A stretch of 64,000 nucleotides of DNA from a virus. Lineage: Duplodnaviria > Caudoviricetes. A program made the position numbers and the translations under genes. The stretch lies in IMG/VR virus record IMGVR_UViG_2897842695_000001, positions 1 through 64,000 of that record; one strand, written 5' to 3'. This document shows, piece by piece, positions 55,997 to 64,000 of this stretch (its first letter is position 1; the number at the start of each line of letters is the position of its first letter). Below the pieces are notes generated by a model. It saw only the letters and a program-made list of their open reading frames with translations, was not told the DNA's origin and searched no databases.

Positions 55997-58900
55997 AGGC
56001 GGTCCTCTAATTTGCTTAGGCGTTCAGCCAACTGCTCGATAAGTTGAGCCTGTTGGTCAATGATCACTTGCTGTTCTTGAATCGCTTTGATTGAGCATGC
56101 GTTCAAACCAAAGTGAGAAACAGATAAGTAACCGTCCTCGCCCTCGCTAACCAGTGTTGGGATCTGCTCTTGTAGCTCTTGAGCAATAACGCCGATTTCC
56201 TCAACGCCATGTTTCACATAGCTGTAAATGCCAAGCTTCAATAGCTTGTCTAATACGCCCTCTGGTAGCTGCTCGATGTTCGATTTTAAGCGGCGGTCCG
56301 AAGTACCTTTAAAGTCACCAGCGATAAATACACCGGTAGACGTACCCGCATCAATTTGCGAGAAGTTGTGACGGTGGCTCGCCGGTGCGTATGGGTGCGA
56401 GTGGTTCGCTTTGTCATAAGCGGTTTTCACTGCTTTTGCAGACGCGGCCAGTGTTTCACTGGTTGAGTTAACCGCGTTGGTTAGCTGGACAGTACCGGTC
56501 TGTGTTGTGCTCGCTGCTCGATGTACCCATTTACTTGCTGCCAAGTCATAAGCGATCTTTACTGCTTTTGGCGTGGCCGCTAGTGCTTCACTTGTCGAGT
56601 TCGTTGCGCTTGATAGCTGGACCGCACCGGCGGCGGTTAGGTCTGCCACTCGATAGGTCCACTTGCCGTTTGCTACGCCTAGTGCTGAAACAGCTTTGTC
56701 GTAAGCGGTTTTTGCTGCCTTGGAACTTGCATAAACCGTAGAGCTTGCCGAGTTAACCACGTCCGAAATATTGCGGTTGTTTGGACTAAATACTCGCTGG
56801 CCCTTTTCGCGCAATTCAATCAGGAAGTCGAAAACACCAGTCGTCGCGACCGCGATCTGTTTAAGGCTAACTTCTGTTCCCGCTTTCACGTTATCTGCAA
56901 GTGCGATCGTCAGTGTGGCCGTTACTGAGTCAGTGCTACCGTCAATACGGTAAGACGAACCAGCAACTTGAGGAATGCCGCCTTTATGGTTCATTACAAC
57001 GCTTGCTTGGCCGTGGCCGTCATTGTCGGTTAGCGTTGCTTTTGCGCTGCGCATTAGGTATCGACCGTCACCAGTGGCTTGAGTCATTTTGCTTGCTGCT
57101 AAGTCGTATGCAGACTTAACCGCTTTAGGCGTAGCCGCGTATGCTTCGCTAGTAGAGTTGATCGCACTGGACAACTGAACCGCACCAGTTTGGGCCGTTG
57201 TTGCTACTCGATACGTCCACTTACCCGCCGCCAAGTCATAAGCGAGTTTCACTGCTTTAGGCGTGGCCGCTTGTGCTTCGCTGGTGGAGTTAATCGCGCT
57301 TGATAATTGGACCGCACCGGCTTTCGCTGTTGTCGCTACCGTATAGGCCCACTTGCTTGCTGCTAGGTCATAGGCGGTTTTTACTGCTTTAGGCGTGGCC
57401 GCTAGAACTTCACTGGTTGAGTTAACCGCACTGGATAGTTGGACCGCACCTTTTTGAGCTGTTGATGCGTCATTGATACCTAGTTGAACATTACCGGTAA
57501 GATCGCCGCCGCCAGTTAGTGCACCGCTGACAACAATCTGGATCGCCTTGTTTGCTTTCTTGGCGAGTTCTGCGTTAATGGCCGCAATGTCGCTGTCATT
57601 ATCCACCAGCGCATCACCAAGCTCTTTAAGCGTGTTTAGGTGTTCAGCTGGAGCGTCACCAAGTAACTGAGAAATGAGCTGGTCAGTGTAGGCTTTGGCT
57701 GCTTGTTCTGCCGAAACTGCACGATCATGCGCTGTCTTAGTTGCTTTGGCCGTTGAGCCTAGCGTTTCGCTTGTTGAGGTAACGGAACTAGAAAGCTGTA
57801 CCGCACCTTTTTGAGCTGTCGTCGCGTCCTTGATACCGATCGTTAGTTCATCACCAATCTGACCGCCACCGGTGATCGCTCCGGTAGTATTTAGCAAGGT
57901 TGCATTGTTGGCTTTTGTCGGTAGCGTTTTGTTGATTTGCGCGATATCACCGTCATTGCTGACTACCGCATCACTAACTTCTTTGAGGCTAGCATGCGCA
58001 CCGGCTTCGCCTTTTAGCTTGGCTATTTCTTGGTTTGTGTAATTGGTCGCGTTGGTGTTAGCGGTACTAATGGCCTGTTCTTTGGCTGTCTTGACACCTT
58101 TAGGCGTTGCGGCTTGAGTTTCGCTGGTGGATGTAGTCGAGCTAGATAGTTGCGATACACCTTTGCTTGATGTGGAAGCATCAGGCACGGACGCTTCAAG
58201 CACATAAGGCGATTGCTCCGAGCCGTCACCAGCTGCGGCCCACTTCAATGAAATGTTTGGGTTTGAAGCAAAGCGAACGAACTTACCTTGTTCCACTTCG
58301 TGACGGGCGTTGTCCTCATCCATTAGCGTAAAGCTGCGGATATAACGATCGTCGTGTAGGTGCGTTGTTGGTGATTTGCTATCGAGCGCGTCTTGTAGGC
58401 CGTCGATGTAACCGATCGTGTGACGGTGTGAGTCTTTCTTGACCGTTACGTTTAAGGTCACGTCTTGCGAGCCATCGAGACTAACCGAACCGGTCACGTT
58501 ACCCGCTAGTGCAAGGTTAAAAGCCGTTTCAATCTTCTTGGCCGCAACTGCTGTAGCGCCTTTATCTAGACACGTATCAATGACGTGGTTTACCGCTCTT
58601 TGAACCGCTGCGGTAGTCGCTGCTAGTTCGTCTGAGGCGGTCGCATAATTACCGGATAGAGTAACAACACCTTGGCGCTCAAGAGTCGCTAACTGAATGC
58701 CTAAAGTAATACCATTTAGTGCGTTACCGGTGGCCTGTAATGGTGCAGACGTGGTGATTGTTACGGCCTTTAGTGCGTTGTCTAACGCGGTCCATAACTT
58801 AGGTAACTCTAGGTACTTCTCTAGGTTTGATTTGTTGTTGATTTCTTCTGTTGTGGCCGCTTCTTCGCGTAACAGATATTGTTTGTGTGGATCTGGAGTG

Positions 58901-59415
58901 TTGACGTGCTGCGCAATATCGGCGCCGCCATAGTCACGCTCGATGTAGCTAATATCAGCTGGCGTAACATCCGGTGCACCATCAACCAATGTCACTCGAC
59001 AAAGGATCGTATGATGGCTTTGCGTTTGGCCTACAGCTACGAACTTGATGCTGGCCGCGTCAATGGATGAGGTGTTATCTACTTGCTTGGTAGGTACGCC
59101 AAATTGATAGAACGCCTCTAGGACCACATAGCCATCGCGGATCTCTGCCATATCCACAAGAACATCATCTTGCTGGCGAACCGTTAGCACGTAGTCGTCG
59201 CGTTCTACCAGTGCAACACCGGTAATGTCTTTAGAAGTAACTAAGATATGTTTTCCGGCTACAGCTTCACATTCAAAGCCACGAAAAACACCTTTATGAA
59301 CCATGCCGCTAAACTTGCGGTTAAGGCTTTTTGATGTGAATGCCTCTAGGTACTGAATGTCAGTAACTAGCGGTAATTCGTCAATGACGACAACGTTATT
59401 CGATACCTTTTCCAT
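55993..59415 (-). CDS. Second, long tail fibre (S-type N-terminus, many fibre repeats, S74 chaperone)
   Basis: 1140 aa; repeated GAVQLSSA..STSE..AATPKAVK; SDRRLK...GVIAQEL. Confidence 0.9.
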   Translation of the reverse strand: MEKVSNNVVVIDELPLVTDIQYLEAFTSKSLNRKFSGMVHKGVFRGFECEAVAGKHILVTSKDITGVALVERDDYVLTVRQQDDVLVDMAEIRDGYVVLEAFYQFGVPTKQVDNTSSIDAASIKFVAVGQTQSHHTILCRVTLVDGAPDVTPADISYIERDYGGADIAQHVNTPDPHKQYLLREEAATTEEINNKSNLEKYLELPKLWTALDNALKAVTITTSAPLQATGNALNGITLGIQLATLERQGVVTLSGNYATASDELAATTAAVQRAVNHVIDTCLDKGATAVAAKKIETAFNLALAGNVTGSVSLDGSQDVTLNVTVKKDSHRHTIGYIDGLQDALDSKSPTTHLHDDRYIRSFTLMDEDNARHEVEQGKFVRFASNPNISLKWAAAGDGSEQSPYVLEASVPDASTSSKGVSQLSSSTTSTSETQAATPKGVKTAKEQAISTANTNATNYTNQEIAKLKGEAGAHASLKEVSDAVVSNDGDIAQINKTLPTKANNATLLNTTGAITGGGQIGDELTIGIKDATTAQKGAVQLSSSVTSTSETLGSTAKATKTAHDRAVSAEQAAKAYTDQLISQLLGDAPAEHLNTLKELGDALVDNDSDIAAINAELAKKANKAIQIVVSGALTGGGDLTGNVQLGINDASTAQKGAVQLSSAVNSTSEVLAATPKAVKTAYDLAASKWAYTVATTAKAGAVQLSSAINSTSEAQAATPKAVKLAYDLAAGKWTYRVATTAQTGAVQLSSAINSTSEAYAATPKAVKSAYDLAASKMTQATGDGRYLMRSAKATLTDNDGHGQASVVMNHKGGIPQVAGSSYRIDGSTDSVTATLTIALADNVKAGTEVSLKQIAVATTGVFDFLIELREKGQRVFSPNNRNISDVVNSASSTVYASSKAAKTAYDKAVSALGVANGKWTYRVADLTAAGAVQLSSATNSTSEALAATPKAVKIAYDLAASKWVHRAASTTQTGTVQLTNAVNSTSETLAASAKAVKTAYDKANHSHPYAPASHRHNFSQIDAGTSTGVFIAGDFKGTSDRRLKSNIEQLPEGVLDKLLKLGIYSYVKHGVEEIGVIAQELQEQIPTLVSEGEDGYLSVSHFGLNACSIKAIQEQQVIIDQQAQLIEQLAERLSKLEDRL

Positions 59416-59475
59416 GCTCTATCTCAAGTGTGGAAAAGTAGCGTTTTCGTCTGAACGGGGATTTAGGAAGGGGAA

Positions 59476-60873
59476 TTAAACTGGACGATGAGTAAACTTA
59501 AATGATGAGCTTACAACGTCCAAAAACAAGTAAGTGTCGATCGGCACTTCTTCGAGAAGATTAACACAGTCTACCTCGTATTCATCAATACCAAGTGAAA
59601 CGGCCATCGCCTCGATTGCTCGCCATACGTCCTTAACGTAGATTGAGCCTTTGTCTTTCGTGTTCTTGCCAAACAAATATTCCAATTGTGCTTTGACGGC
59701 TTCCTCTGCGTCTTTAGGACTAGAGTTAGCGACAACGTAACCAGTCACGTTAACCGTAAATGGTGCGTCTTTACGCGGCACATATTCGTAAACTTCATTG
59801 TATCCGTTTTTACCGGAAAATAGGGTAACAATCTCACCCTCAATCACGTTCTCGTCTTTGATGTTAGAGAAAGCGGAAATAAAAATACGGTTAATGTTTT
59901 TTACGTCCTGCTTACCGATAAGCTTTTCTTGCTCTTGTTCGCCCCAAACTGACAGCCAAACGATGCCGGAAATATTGTTTCGAATGAATGCCTGATAGTC
60001 ACCGTCCCACGCTAGCTGGTGGTCATAGACGGTTGAATACAACGCGCCATTACGAATTGATTCAATATCCTCGCCCTCTGCGCCACCTGTTACCGTTGTC
60101 TTAGTCACCAGTTCGACGGGGATCGTTGTGCCGGTAAAATCGGTACTATCAATAAGCTCTAGTTTCTGGCCGTCGAGTAGTGTTGTATCACCCTCGGTTA
60201 GCCAAACTTCCAACTGAATCAAGTCACCAGAGATCGGCGCACGGCCACAAATATCATTACCAAATCGAATACCTAGCTGGTCCGTCGATTTGTAATACTC
60301 CATGTAGGCTTTGGAGTAGCTGTTTGTATTGCGGAACTTAAACGCATGCTCCCAAAGCTCACCGTTGACGCGTACTAACACCTTATGGATACGCTTTGTC
60401 AGCTCTTTAGGAAAGGCAATAGCTAGCCAGTTCTGACGGTCCGAAACAATGTGCTCCATTACGGCCACTTCGAACTGTTGGATCTGGTAGTCCTTAGACT
60501 CACCGGCCTGTAGGTCCACGCTTTCCATGATCGTATAGCGTAATTGGTTCGCGGCCACACATTGCGTTAGTGCTGGTAGCGTCACCCGTTTATCGCCCTT
60601 ATTGGTAATGGTTACGATACCAATGGACGGCGAGATTTTGAGGCCCACATAACCTACGCTTTCCGCACCGGCTAAAATGGATGTGCGATTCGTTGCCAGT
60701 GATAGAAACGACTCTTGTAAGGCGCGGTCTGCTACGCGTTGAACACGCTCAACGGTTTGAGCAATGAATAACGAAATGTAGGCGACGAATTGCGAGCCGA
60801 TAGAACGACTCCACCACTTTGATTGTTTGAGAAGATTTTCAAAGTCTTTTCGGATCTGATCGACATAGTTCAC
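59476..60873 (-). CDS. bplA: Baseplate protein BplA (gp6/J-like)
   Basis: SKWWSR..GSQFV, ESFLSLAT, GIRFGN and WLSVWGEQEQE motifs; P1 synteny. Confidence 0.8.
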   Translation of the reverse strand: MNYVDQIRKDFENLLKQSKWWSRSIGSQFVAYISLFIAQTVERVQRVADRALQESFLSLATNRTSILAGAESVGYVGLKISPSIGIVTITNKGDKRVTLPALTQCVAANQLRYTIMESVDLQAGESKDYQIQQFEVAVMEHIVSDRQNWLAIAFPKELTKRIHKVLVRVNGELWEHAFKFRNTNSYSKAYMEYYKSTDQLGIRFGNDICGRAPISGDLIQLEVWLTEGDTTLLDGQKLELIDSTDFTGTTIPVELVTKTTVTGGAEGEDIESIRNGALYSTVYDHQLAWDGDYQAFIRNNISGIVWLSVWGEQEQEKLIGKQDVKNINRIFISAFSNIKDENVIEGEIVTLFSGKNGYNEVYEYVPRKDAPFTVNVTGYVVANSSPKDAEEAVKAQLEYLFGKNTKDKGSIYVKDVWRAIEAMAVSLGIDEYEVDCVNLLEEVPIDTYLFLDVVSSSFKFTHRPV

Positions 60874-61217
60874 AGCTTAACTTCCTTTTGAATGTAGTTT
60901 TGAGCGCCCAAAAGACCGATCACGATGTGGTACATATCGAAGTCTTTAGGCTCAATGAGGATTTCAGTAATAACCGCGCCTTTAACGTCCACCGGTAGAC
61001 TCATCACGATCGAGTTCTCCATAGCGGCGGCGGTATCGCTGTTGATTGGTTCGTGCTTGTAAGGCATTAGGCGATTACCCCAATGCGGAGCGCCCCAAAT
61101 TTGACCTTGTGGCGTATCTAGCCACTCGGCCACTCGCATAGGGATAGACTCGGACTCATCCGAGACTTTCACGCCGTTAATATCGACCCCTAAGAGGTAA
61201 TCAATTTCTTGGCTCAT
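60870..61217 (-). CDS. pmgA: PmgA / gp25-like baseplate wedge protein
   Basis: EWLDTPQGQIWGAPHWGN..YKHEP; P1 synteny. Confidence 0.75.
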   Translation of the reverse strand: MSQEIDYLLGVDINGVKVSDESESIPMRVAEWLDTPQGQIWGAPHWGNRLMPYKHEPINSDTAAAMENSIVMSLPVDVKGAVITEILIEPKDFDMYHIVIGLLGAQNYIQKEVKL

Positions 61218-61221
61218 TCAC

Positions 61222-64000
61222 TTACTCCAGATCTGCACTTTGACGTTGCAGCGAACGGTCATTGAAGTTATTCGGGATGCTGCCGCTAGACTTGGCCGCT
61301 GCTGCTGGTGTGCTTTGGCTAGCTGGGCGTGAAGCTCTTTGAATAACGGTTGTTGTTGAACGGCTATCACTGCCGGATTGCTTGATAGCTTCGATGGACT
61401 CTTTATCGAGTTTCACGGTTTGAGGTGTGTCGCTGGCGCGTAGCTCTGCTGCGGTTTTCTGCGAGGCAATATCACTAACGCGTTCATTGGATGTAACCTT
61501 GGTTGCGTTCTTGGCTACGCTGGTGTGCTTCTCGTTTTGTTTGATCTGTTCGGAGGCGATCTGAGAGGCAAGATCCTTATGGTTCGAGTTAGTTTCTTGC
61601 TTAGTGGTTTTTTCGCTGGTGGTAGCAGTAGAACGGGCCAAATCAGCGGAATGCGTATCTACAAATCGAGCGTTTGTAACAGTCACTTGCTCTGCGGCTT
61701 TGCGGCTGGCGATCTCTTTATCGATAGCAGCGATCTGGTCGGCTTTTTTGTCTGGCGAGTACACCTGACCTAGTTCTGGATGCTGAATCATGCCTGACGT
61801 ATCCATACCTAGCTCATTCGCTACACGCTCACGCTCTGCATTGGTTCGCTCGTTCTTGCGATCCACGCGTGCGTAGGCGCTAGCAAAGCTGGTGTTTTTC
61901 TCGCTAGCTAACTTCTCGACCTCATCCATGTTCACGCGATCTGAGTTCTTAGAATCCAGTTCACGCATGGTTTGAGTGTCGTTAGTCTCTTTGGCCGTGT
62001 GGTATGCCTCGGCGTTTTTCTCGTACTTCGAGTCGTTCTGGCTTTCGGTTTCCTTAGTCGATTTAGTGTCACCACCAAATAGGCCATAGATACCCTTAGC
62101 CATATCACCCGAATCAAAGCTCAATGCTTCTTTTGCACCATCAAAACCAAATGCACCCAAGGCCGAACCAAGCAGACCCGCACCACCACTTACCAAGCCA
62201 CCAAGATCAAGAACATTGGCAAGGGCCATCGAGCTTTTTTGTCCAGTCGTCGCCTCTTGGCCGTCTTTGAGGTTGAATACCTCTTTCTGCTTTTCGGTAT
62301 CCGTAAAGCCACTGATTGCGTCATAGGCCATTAGTGCCGGTGCAAGGAATGGAACTGCTTTACCAGCAATTGAGCCAACCTTTGATAGCCCACGGAATGC
62401 GCCACCAGCCATTGATAAGCCTTTTGAGCCAACACCTTTGATGGCATCACCCGCACCAGACAAAACCGACTTAAAGCGACCACGGCCAGCTTTACGCATG
62501 CGGCCACCTCTGCGGCCCTTACGTCCTTTGCGGTCGAACAAGTCACCAGCAAGATCCATTAAGCCGCCACCCGCACCCTCTGGCGCGTTCGCCTTGGTTG
62601 CGGTTAAGAGTTCATCGAGCTTGTCTAGTAGTGCATCGTTGTTCTTGTCTTGAGCAACGCTGTTTTCTTTTAGGACTTCGAGCGTATTAGCTTGGTAGCT
62701 CTGCTGCTTAGTCTTGGAAATTAACCCGCTGCCGTGAGTATTGCTTGATGTAGAAACATGATTAGCGGTTTGACGAACGGTGTTATTAACGCGCTCAACA
62801 CGATCGCGAGATACAGTGCTATTAGCGGTAGTGAAAAGGCTAGAAACGCTAGCTCTTTGCGATTGTTTTTCACGGTTAGTTTCCTTAGCTACTGGAGCAT
62901 TATTGCCACCAGCGATACCAGCGCGATCGTCGCGACGATTAGAACCGTTGCGCTCACTAGCTGTTGGTAAAGTTCGGTCCTCAACTTCCGCTGCTGAATC
63001 CTTTGTCGCTGAAATTGATTCATGCGTTACCCCTTGAGTTGCCGTTACAGATTGTTGGTCCTGCGAATCATTGGCCGGTTCGCCGGTATCAGTTTCGCTA
63101 GGCTTAAAGCCAAATAGCTTGCCTAGCTTTGAACCCTTGAATGATTCAAAGCGCTCTTTGCTTTGCTCAAAGTTGGCGGCTGTTTCCTCGGTTAAGTGAT
63201 ACAGCTCTTTTGCTGAATAGAAGAATGAGCCACCAGCTGCCGCCCCTGCTGCATCGGTCGCGTCGTTCTCGTCTTTCAGTGCTGCCGTGGCCTTATCAAC
63301 CACCAGCTGTTTTAAGCTAGAACCAAGCTTTGCAAACACACTGGTTTGCTCGCTGGTTTCGTCAGCAAGGCGCTCGGTTTCACGTTCCTTGTTGGTTTGC
63401 TCTGCGGTTTTGTATGCGGCCTGTTCTTTCTTGCTGGCGTAACGGCCATCACTTCTGCGTAGCTTTCCGTTCGCATCTTTCCAGTAGCCATCAAAATCGC
63501 TTAAACCGTCTCTAACGGCCTTTTCGACTTTATCCGGCATATCATCAAGTGATGAGGTATCAACGGCCTCTGCGGTCGTTTCTGATTGCTCAACGTTGAC
63601 GATTACTGGCTGGCTTTTCTGTTTCTGAGTCTGGCGAACAACCCCCTTGTTTTTTGGTTTTGGTTCGCTCGCTAGTGGCTCTTGCTCTTGTTCCAGCTTG
63701 TCAGCAATAGACGTGATACCGGCTTGAATTGGCTTTTGCTCGGTAGCGGTAGACTCTGCCGCTGGCTGCTCCCCTTTTTCTTTAGGTGCGCCAAATGACA
63801 GCTCAATTTCGCCGCTTCGATTAGTCTTGCTAGCGGTAGCGCTGCGTTTCTTTGGCGCTGGCTTGCTAACTGTTAACTGAGCATTCTCGATGCCACTTGT
63901 AACCGCCTTTTCAATTGGCTTGGTATCCACTGCCACAACAACCGGTTTTGGCTTTGCTCGGCCCTGCTGGTTTCCGTCCAATTTCTTGCTGATTTCGGCT
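61222..64000 (-). CDS. Sit-like tape measure / injection protein, 5' end truncated
   Basis: Frame stays open to the window edge; low-complexity with Gly/Ala-rich hydrophobic region; at the P1 sit position. Confidence 0.6.
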   Translation of the reverse strand, partial: AEISKKLDGNQQGRAKPKPVVVAVDTKPIEKAVTSGIENAQLTVSKPAPKKRSATASKTNRSGEIELSFGAPKEKGEQPAAESTATEQKPIQAGITSIADKLEQEQEPLASEPKPKNKGVVRQTQKQKSQPVIVNVEQSETTAEAVDTSSLDDMPDKVEKAVRDGLSDFDGYWKDANGKLRRSDGRYASKKEQAAYKTAEQTNKERETERLADETSEQTSVFAKLGSSLKQLVVDKATAALKDENDATDAAGAAAGGSFFYSAKELYHLTEETAANFEQSKERFESFKGSKLGKLFGFKPSETDTGEPANDSQDQQSVTATQGVTHESISATKDSAAEVEDRTLPTASERNGSNRRDDRAGIAGGNNAPVAKETNREKQSQRASVSSLFTTANSTVSRDRVERVNNTVRQTANHVSTSSNTHGSGLISKTKQQSYQANTLEVLKENSVAQDKNNDALLDKLDELLTATKANAPEGAGGGLMDLAGDLFDRKGRKGRRGGRMRKAGRGRFKSVLSGAGDAIKGVGSKGLSMAGGAFRGLSKVGSIAGKAVPFLAPALMAYDAISGFTDTEKQKEVFNLKDGQEATTGQKSSMALANVLDLGGLVSGGAGLLGSALGAFGFDGAKEALSFDSGDMAKGIYGLFGGDTKSTKETESQNDSKYEKNAEAYHTAKETNDTQTMRELDSKNSDRVNMDEVEKLASEKNTSFASAYARVDRKNERTNAERERVANELGMDTSGMIQHPELGQVYSPDKKADQIAAIDKEIASRKAAEQVTVTNARFVDTHSADLARSTATTSEKTTKQETNSNHKDLASQIASEQIKQNEKHTSVAKNATKVTSNERVSDIASQKTAAELRASDTPQTVKLDKESIEAIKQSGSDSRSTTTVIQRASRPASQSTPAAAAKSSGSIPNNFNDRSLQRQSADLE
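63631..63661 (-). repeat. Solitary exact copy of the par-array repeat inside the tape-measure gene
   Basis: Reverse complement reads AAAACCAAAAAACAAGGGGGTTGTTCGCCAG, 31/31 identical to array units. Confidence 0.9.

Larger units (their letters stand above)
1..64000. mobile_element. P1-like phage-plasmid (temperate myovirus with plasmid prophage), partial
   Basis: Recognisable homologues of P1 c1, pacA/B, prt, pro, darB, ulx, parA/B, ddrA/B, darA, hdf, lydA/B, S, R, 16, bplA and pmgA in largely P1-like synteny; no host housekeeping genes. Confidence 0.93.

Noticed and set aside
46700-59415. Invertible segment or diversity-generating retroelement for fibre variation
   Set aside because: No invertase, reverse transcriptase, cix-like inverted repeats or template/variable repeat pair was seen; fibre repeats are ordinary protein repeats.
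3432-63515. Numerous short antisense or nested ORFs within long genes
   Set aside because: They overlap well-supported CDSs and lack motifs and RBSs.

Overview
This window is about 64 kb of a P1-like (Punavirus-type) phage-plasmid. The host is probably Vibrio, inferred from the Vibrio-type SSB ending ...[14 protein letters not shown]. Gene order tracks phage P1 (comparisons are from recalled P1 sequences and gene order, not a search). It begins with a truncated tyrosine recombinase, a 34-bp lox-like palindrome, a coi-position ORF, the C1 repressor and the pacB/pacA terminase. An early/accessory block follows (Dam-type MTase, two HU/IHF proteins, VRR-NUC, SSB, DEDDh exonuclease, XRE regulator, a rep-like gene with a candidate antisense RNA). 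Next come pro/prt (head protease, portal), darB-ulx, parA-parB with a 7-copy repeat array, the ddrB/ddrA/darA/hdf antirestriction module and lydB/lydA. The window ends with two S74-chaperoned tail fibres, R, 16, bplA, pmgA and a truncated sit-like tape measure. The most unusual element is at 46829-52381, where P1 has its cin/C-segment host-range switch. It is a cassette translationally coupled to a tail-fibre gene. It encodes a nucleoside phosphorylase-fold enzyme, a 379-aa protein built largely of cationic T-[S/T]-X-[T/S] tetrapeptide repeats, an unannotated 51-aa peptide with the same repeats, an acidic coiled-coil protein, two glycosyltransferase-like proteins, an unknown enzyme-like protein and a radical-SAM enzyme. 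It looks like a phage-encoded post-translational modification (RiPP-like/glycosylation) system for a tail-tip appendage; this function is inferred. Also found: a recurring C1-operator-like motif (CATTCCGAACAA), a candidate late-promoter motif (TCCCCGTCC) and an exact remote copy of the par repeat inside the tape-measure gene. No tRNA, rRNA, CRISPR array or IS element was recognised.
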